Below are positions 27,798 through 32,000 of a stretch of DNA of 32,000 nt, piece after piece. The DNA is from Parabacteroides sp. PFB2-10 (GTDB lineage Bacteria > Bacteroidota > Bacteroidia > Bacteroidales > Tannerellaceae), in assembly GCF_029893085.1 (NCBI RefSeq), contig NZ_JARXWI010000023.1, positions 1 to 32,000 of the forward strand, given 5' to 3'. Every line of letters begins with the position of its first letter. The first letter of the stretch is position 1. The translations under genes were made by a program, and so were the position numbers. The notes beneath the pieces are model-generated. The model searched no databases and was not told where the DNA came from. It saw nothing but the letters and a program-made list of their open reading frames with translations.

Positions 27798-28516
27798 TTG
27801 ACAATTTCATTGTTAATCCGTTCACGTACCTTCTTCCATGCATGCGTGTCAAACAGGCTGCTTTCCCGCATGGTGTAATACATCTCCTTAAACCGGGAGA
27901 TAGGGATGACAAAACTTAAGATATTCGCTTCCACATAAGGACGTACAGAAGGATCGAAAAGACCGATAAACGTTCGTTTTCCGTTTCGGCTATTCTCAAC
28001 CACCGCATTGGTTACCACAGCCGAACAGCCTGAACCAAACATCGAAGTAACCGTGTCTTCCGAGTTATTGTCAAAATAGGCCCATGTTGTTAACCCAGAA
28101 AGTATATCGGGCGTAGCTAAGAACAGGAGGCCTTCTACCTCGTCAAAAGTTTCAACCCTGTCGATACGGGCGAAGTTCAGATACATCCGATTGGTAAGCG
28201 GCACACCCAGGTTTTCGATAAACTCAACCACCATTTCGGGCGTCTTTTTATATTTTTCTTTCAACGAAACAAAGTTAGGTACCCGTTCGGGCATTTCGGC
28301 AAAACCGGTATAGAACTTTCCTCCTCCACAGCCAATCACCTCCGCATTCAGACTTATGAGATTTCCCTCTCTCACAGCTTTCAGCCCTTTGAAGAAACAG
28401 CCATTTATCTTTTCGGTATTGGCAAGCGGGGTATCGGAATACCAAAAAACGATTGGTAGTTCCGCCTTTTCGCCAAAGGCTTCCCTGTAATTATTAATAA
28501 AAAGATTGATATCCAT
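27794..28516 (-). CDS. DUF169-family protein (COG2043-like)
   Basis: 240-aa ORF. The family is recognised from overall pattern only (PIVFWYSD, GCFFKGL, IGCGGGKFYTGF, SGCSAVV). Function unknown. Confidence 0.8.
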   Translation of the reverse strand: MDINLFINNYREAFGEKAELPIVFWYSDTPLANTEKINGCFFKGLKAVREGNLISLNAEVIGCGGGKFYTGFAEMPERVPNFVSLKEKYKKTPEMVVEFIENLGVPLTNRMYLNFARIDRVETFDEVEGLLFLATPDILSGLTTWAYFDNNSEDTVTSMFGSGCSAVVTNAVVENSRNGKRTFIGLFDPSVRPYVEANILSFVIPISRFKEMYYTMRESSLFDTHAWKKVRERINNEIVK

Positions 28517-28550
28517 CGTTCTATTGTTTTGTTAAGTATAAATCAATTCC

Positions 28551-29081
28551 TTATCCAACAGTTGCCGACATATTTTCTTTCTCAAATTCCAGCAATTTCT
28601 TTTTCCTCCACAGCCCTCCGCCATACCCTGTGAGCGACCCATCGGCTCCGACAACCCGGTGGCAGGGCAGGATAATGGAGATTTTATTCTTTCCGTTGGC
28701 GTTGGCAACTGCTCGAACAGAGGATGGCTTACCGATCAGTTCGGCTTGCTTTCCGTAGCTTGTGGTGCTGCCGTAGGGGATTTTCAGTAAAGCAAGCCAG
28801 ACAGTTTTCTGAAACTCCGTGCCAACCAGATCCAACGGAATATCAAACTCCCTGCGTTCTCCTTTGAAATATTCGTCCAACTGCTTACGAAGGGTATTGA
28901 AATGCGGATTATCGCCTTGTACAAGCGGGGCTTTGAACTGTTCGCCCAATTGGCTGAGCTCCAAATCGATCAGTTTATAGTCGGCAAACTCGAACATACA
29001 AATCCCTTTCTCCGTTGCTGCGGCAACCATCAACCCCAATTCAGTTTCCATGTGAGTGATATTGACAAATAGTCGTTCCAT
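28551..29081 (-). CDS. ogt: Methylated-DNA--protein-cysteine S-methyltransferase
   Basis: 176-aa ORF. Active-site ILPCHRVVGADGSLTGYGGG, plus TEFQKTVWLALLKIPYGSTTSYG and VRAVANANGKN. Confidence 0.93.
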   Translation of the reverse strand: MERLFVNITHMETELGLMVAAATEKGICMFEFADYKLIDLELSQLGEQFKAPLVQGDNPHFNTLRKQLDEYFKGERREFDIPLDLVGTEFQKTVWLALLKIPYGSTTSYGKQAELIGKPSSVRAVANANGKNKISIILPCHRVVGADGSLTGYGGGLWRKKKLLEFEKENMSATVG

Positions 29082-29117
29082 ATTATTCGATTTTTATAAT
29101 TGACAGTTTCAAACCAA

Positions 29118-29396
29118 TCACCCTAATAATTCTATATAGTTACCTTCAGGATCAAGGACAGCGCTTTCATAGTAGCCATCACCCGATGTGCGTGGTTCAC
29201 TTGCTATCGTATCCGGCCGGTTCATCAGTTCAATGCGACTTCCGCCTTCATTGATGGTAAGGAAATAGGAGGTGTAGTTCTTGGTGGGATTAACATATTT
29301 ATCCCCACAGGATAGATTGAAGTAGTAAAGGTAAAACTCCCGCATCTTTTCAATATCATCTACCCAAAAAGCTATGTGTTCGATTTTCATATGCAT
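29118..29396 (-). CDS. VOC/glyoxalase-family protein, internally shortened (possible remnant)
   Basis: Real start probably MHMKIEHIAFWVDD (ATG at 29396 or 29390). The first beta-alpha-beta-beta-beta module is intact. After ELMNRPD the sequence jumps to SEPRTSGDGYYESAVLDPEGNYIELLG, which is the end of module 2. Total length is ~92 aa, against the ~125 aa I expect for this subfamily. Confidence 0.65.
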   Translation of the reverse strand: MHMKIEHIAFWVDDIEKMREFYLYYFNLSCGDKYVNPTKNYTSYFLTINEGGSRIELMNRPDTIASEPRTSGDGYYESAVLDPEGNYIELLG

Positions 29397-29415
29397 TTCA
29401 AATTTGTTCTGCTTG

Positions 29416-29446
29416 TAAAAATACCTATAAAAAAACACCTGACAAA
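29416..29446 (-). promoter_or_regulatory. Putative promoter of the VOC-ogt-DUF169-unknown operon (-33 TTTG, 19-nt spacer, -7 TATTTTTA)
   Basis: The minus strand reads ctatTTTGtcaggtgtttttttataggTATTTTTAcaagc, 19 nt upstream of ATG 29396. One mismatch to TAnnTTTG. Confidence 0.4.
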
Positions 29447-29511
29447 ATAGCTTGCCAGATGTTTTATGCAATTTTATAAAGCCGTTCAAGGGGCATCTAA
29501 ACACCAAAAAC

Positions 29512-32000
29512 CTAATTGGTTTTTTCATTCAGAAGCGAATCGGGAACAAAGCGCTCCATGTATTCGCTGGCCAACATGCCCATTTCCTTTTTGAAGCATG
29601 CACTGAAATACTTCGGATCGTTGAATCCGACGGCATAGGCCACTTCGGAGATACGCAGATTTCTCTTTTCTTCCATGATCCGGCATGCTGCTTTGATGCG
29701 TATGTTACGGATAAAAGAAGAGGGGTTAAGCCCGGTAAGAGATTTGAGTTTTCGATAGAGTGTCGACCGGCTGGTGCCCATGGCCTCCTGGAACATGACC
29801 TGGTCAAACTCGGGGTCATCCAGGTGTTCGTGTATTAAGTCGATGGCTCGTTGCAGAAACTCTTCGTCGAGGCTGGTATAATTGAGTTCGTTCGCCTCGA
29901 AGGTGAGTTGTTTTTTGAAATCATGGGTATTGCGTTCTTTGGCTTTGATCAGGTTGTTGATGCGCGCATGCAATACGCTCAGATTAAACGGCTTGGTGAT
30001 AAAGCCATCAGCACCCGATTCGTATGCCTCCACGCGGTCTTCCTCCCGGTTCTTGGCTGTCAACAGAATAATAGGGATATGGCTGGTTTCCAGATTGTTC
30101 TTGACCTGTTTACAGAATGTTATGCCGTCCATCTCCGGCATCATAATATCGGAAACAACCAGGTCGATCTCTTCATTTTCCATGCAGCGGATGCCTTCTG
30201 TGCCTGTTTTTGCGGTATGCACAATAAAGTCCAAGCTCAAGAGACGAACCATTAATTGTAATAAATCGTCGTTATCTTCGATTAGAAGGATGGTGTGTTC
30301 GCGGGGAGGCTGTTCGATGGTGTCGCTTTCCTTAACGACTTTGTTAGGGAGTGAATACGAAGTTTCGCTGTCTGGAATAGATATGCTGTCGTCGATTTCT
30401 TCCGGCGAATAGAAAGATTTTCGAATAGGGATGATCACCTTAAATTCACTTCCTTTACCCGGTTCACTATTTACTTCGATATTTCCTTTGTGCAATAAGA
30501 CCAAATCTTTTGTCAGTGATAAGCCAATCCCTGTGCCAGCTGTTTTAAACTTACGGTGATCGCCTTCATAAAAGCGTTTGAACAGATTGTTTACCGTCTC
30601 CTTTGACATCCCTTTTCCATTATCTTTCACAGAAAGAACAGCCCATCCGTTTTCCGTATCATATTGCAAATCGATCCATACAGCAGCGCCGGGTGTATTA
30701 TATTTTGCCGCGTTCGACAGGAGATTATACAATATCTTATCCAATTTGTCCGGATCGAAATAGGCCGGGAAGTATTCCGGATCGCATATCAAAGAGAAAT
30801 GCATCCGTTGTTTTTTTATTAACGGTTTAAAGCTTTCTACGCTATTGCGCACAAAACCGGCTAAGTCCCCCTGGGACACTTTCAGTTTTAGATTGCCTGT
30901 TTCCGCCTTACGAAACTCTAATATCTGTTGTAACAGACGAATCAACCGATTGACATTGCTTGTCATCACCCGGTATTGCTCTTTGTTTTCGGGGGCTGTT
31001 TGCTTTAACTCATCGACCGATGCGGAGATAATGGTCAACGGAGTCAATAACTCATGGGTGATATTGGTGAAGAATTGCAATTTGGAATGATTCACCTCGT
31101 CTCGCTTGGCTTGTTCCAGCTCAGCTAACTGAAGGCTTTGCGTCAGTTTGATCCGGTATCTGACGAATCGATACCCTCCATACACCGCCAGTACAATCAA
31201 TAATACGTAGAGTAGGTATGCCCAGGCGGTTTCCCAAGGTGGAGGCAGGATGGTGACCTGTAGCTGTTTGACAGAGTCATTCCAACTGCCGTTTGCATTG
31301 GTGTTTTTTAGTGAGAAAGTATAGTTTCCGGTTTTTAGATTGTTGTAATAGGCAAATCTCCGGCTGGCATCCGTATATTGCCAATCCATATCAAATCCCT
31401 CCAGCTTGTAAGCATATTTAATATGAGAAGAGGCCGCATATCCTAACGCAGCAAATTCTATTTCGAAATTATTTTTATTATAATCCAATTTTATTTTGTC
31501 AGTAAATCCGGGAGCATAGGATGAAATCGTATTTTGTTCTTTGGGATCGAGTTGTCCCCATGGTTTATTAAATATTTTAATGTCGGTGATAACAATGGGA
31601 GGGAATGTGTTCTCTTCACTCATGCGATCTGGGAAAAAGGAATTATAGCCAAAATGTCCTCCAAAGAACATTTCACCGTTAATATCCGTAAAAGCGGCGT
31701 TACGATTGAAAAGGTTGTCTTGCAGGCCATCGGAAGAGGTATATAGACTATATTTGGCAGAATCGGTATTATGGGGTATTTGTAATTTGATCAACCCGAC
31801 ATTGGATCCTATCCACAGATTCCCTTTCGTATCTTCCTGAATACTGAAAATATCATCCCCGGGAAGATTTAATCGTTGATGAACCGGAAGAAAAGAATCA
31901 GTTTCTTTGTTGTACAGACTTAATCCACCTCCTTCCGTGCCGGCCCATAGGCGCTTTTGCTTGTCTATGAATAAGCAGGTGGCAAAGCTATTATTAAGTT
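29512..32000 (-). CDS. Hybrid two-component system sensor (HTCS): periplasmic beta-propeller/Y_Y_Y, TM, HisKA, HATPase_c, receiver, AraC-type HTH; N-terminus off-window
   Basis: The ORF-track Met at 31794 is a TTG. I checked that the frame stays open to 32000, reading ..DTKGNLWIGSNVGLIKLQ, which is propeller-repeat-like. Y_Y_Y motif YAYKLEGFDMDWQY. H-box ITHELLTPLT. Then GTGIGLS, the receiver DLVVSDIMMPEMDG, and a C-terminal AraC HTH (ISEVAYAVGFNDPKYFSACFKKE). Confidence 0.93.
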   Translation of the reverse strand, partial: LNNSFATCLFIDKQKRLWAGTEGGGLSLYNKETDSFLPVHQRLNLPGDDIFSIQEDTKGNLWIGSNVGLIKLQIPHNTDSAKYSLYTSSDGLQDNLFNRNAAFTDINGEMFFGGHFGYNSFFPDRMSEENTFPPIVITDIKIFNKPWGQLDPKEQNTISSYAPGFTDKIKLDYNKNNFEIEFAALGYAASSHIKYAYKLEGFDMDWQYTDASRRFAYYNNLKTGNYTFSLKNTNANGSWNDSVKQLQVTILPPPWETAWAYLLYVLLIVLAVYGGYRFVRYRIKLTQSLQLAELEQAKRDEVNHSKLQFFTNITHELLTPLTIISASVDELKQTAPENKEQYRVMTSNVNRLIRLLQQILEFRKAETGNLKLKVSQGDLAGFVRNSVESFKPLIKKQRMHFSLICDPEYFPAYFDPDKLDKILYNLLSNAAKYNTPGAAVWIDLQYDTENGWAVLSVKDNGKGMSKETVNNLFKRFYEGDHRKFKTAGTGIGLSLTKDLVLLHKGNIEVNSEPGKGSEFKVIIPIRKSFYSPEEIDDSISIPDSETSYSLPNKVVKESDTIEQPPREHTILLIEDNDDLLQLMVRLLSLDFIVHTAKTGTEGIRCMENEEIDLVVSDIMMPEMDGITFCKQVKNNLETSHIPIILLTAKNREEDRVEAYESGADGFITKPFNLSVLHARINNLIKAKERNTHDFKKQLTFEANELNYTSLDEEFLQRAIDLIHEHLDDPEFDQVMFQEAMGTSRSTLYRKLKSLTGLNPSSFIRNIRIKAACRIMEEKRNLRISEVAYAVGFNDPKYFSACFKKEMGMLASEYMERFVPDSLLNEKTN

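Noticed and set aside
29506-29524. AAAAACC-taatt-GGTTTTT hairpin spanning the HTCS stop codon, considered as a terminator
   Set aside because: The stem is only 7 bp, five of them A-T, and it overlaps the coding sequence. It is too weak to call without 3'-end data.

Overview
This window reads as a Bacteroidales-type (phylum Bacteroidota) chromosome segment. Support: a SusC/SusD pair, lipoprotein signal peptides, and Bacteroidota-style TAnnTTTG -7 promoter boxes in front of many genes. Layout: (i) 0.4-11.2 kb, + strand: a compact polysaccharide-utilisation locus, susC-susD-GH2 (LacZ-like beta-galactosidase)-GH63 (YgjK-like alpha-glucosidase), followed after only 15 nt by a split LysO-family exporter pair. 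(ii) 11.5-12.5 kb, + strand: a TIGR01212-type radical SAM gene. (iii) 12.5-25.8 kb: an uninterrupted minus-strand block of mostly housekeeping genes. These are kdsA, miaA, a cytoplasmic GAF-PAS-PAS histidine kinase, gap, a YtxH/holin-like/unknown membrane triad, prmA, an Upf1-like SF1 helicase, glutamine-dependent nadE, an ECF-type sigma factor, upp and HU. (iv) 26.0-29.5 kb: a lower-GC accessory patch, with an HTH protein convergent with a minus-strand operon VOC(remnant)-ogt-DUF169-(280-aa protein with a DUF3820/ExoX-C-like motif). (v) 29.5-32.0 kb: the C-terminal part of a hybrid two-component sensor (HTCS) that runs off the window. I saw no rRNA, tRNA, CRISPR array, transposase or integrase. 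The most unusual non-genic signal is two same-orientation copies of a ~180-nt structured intergenic element (11.25-11.45 kb and 19.75-19.93 kb). They share near-identical cores, flanking inverted repeats, and a positionally conserved hairpin whose sequence differs between copies. Other points worth a second look: a 30-codon lipoprotein-type micro-ORF (mature peptide CATPCGC) upstream of gap; the translationally coupled ogt-DUF169-unknown operon; an internally deleted VOC gene; and a dense TTGAA/TTCAA array upstream of the sigma factor gene. I did not find a clear multi-gene novel system such as a defence island, and the candidates above are leads only. All homology statements come from motif recognition by eye, not from database searches.
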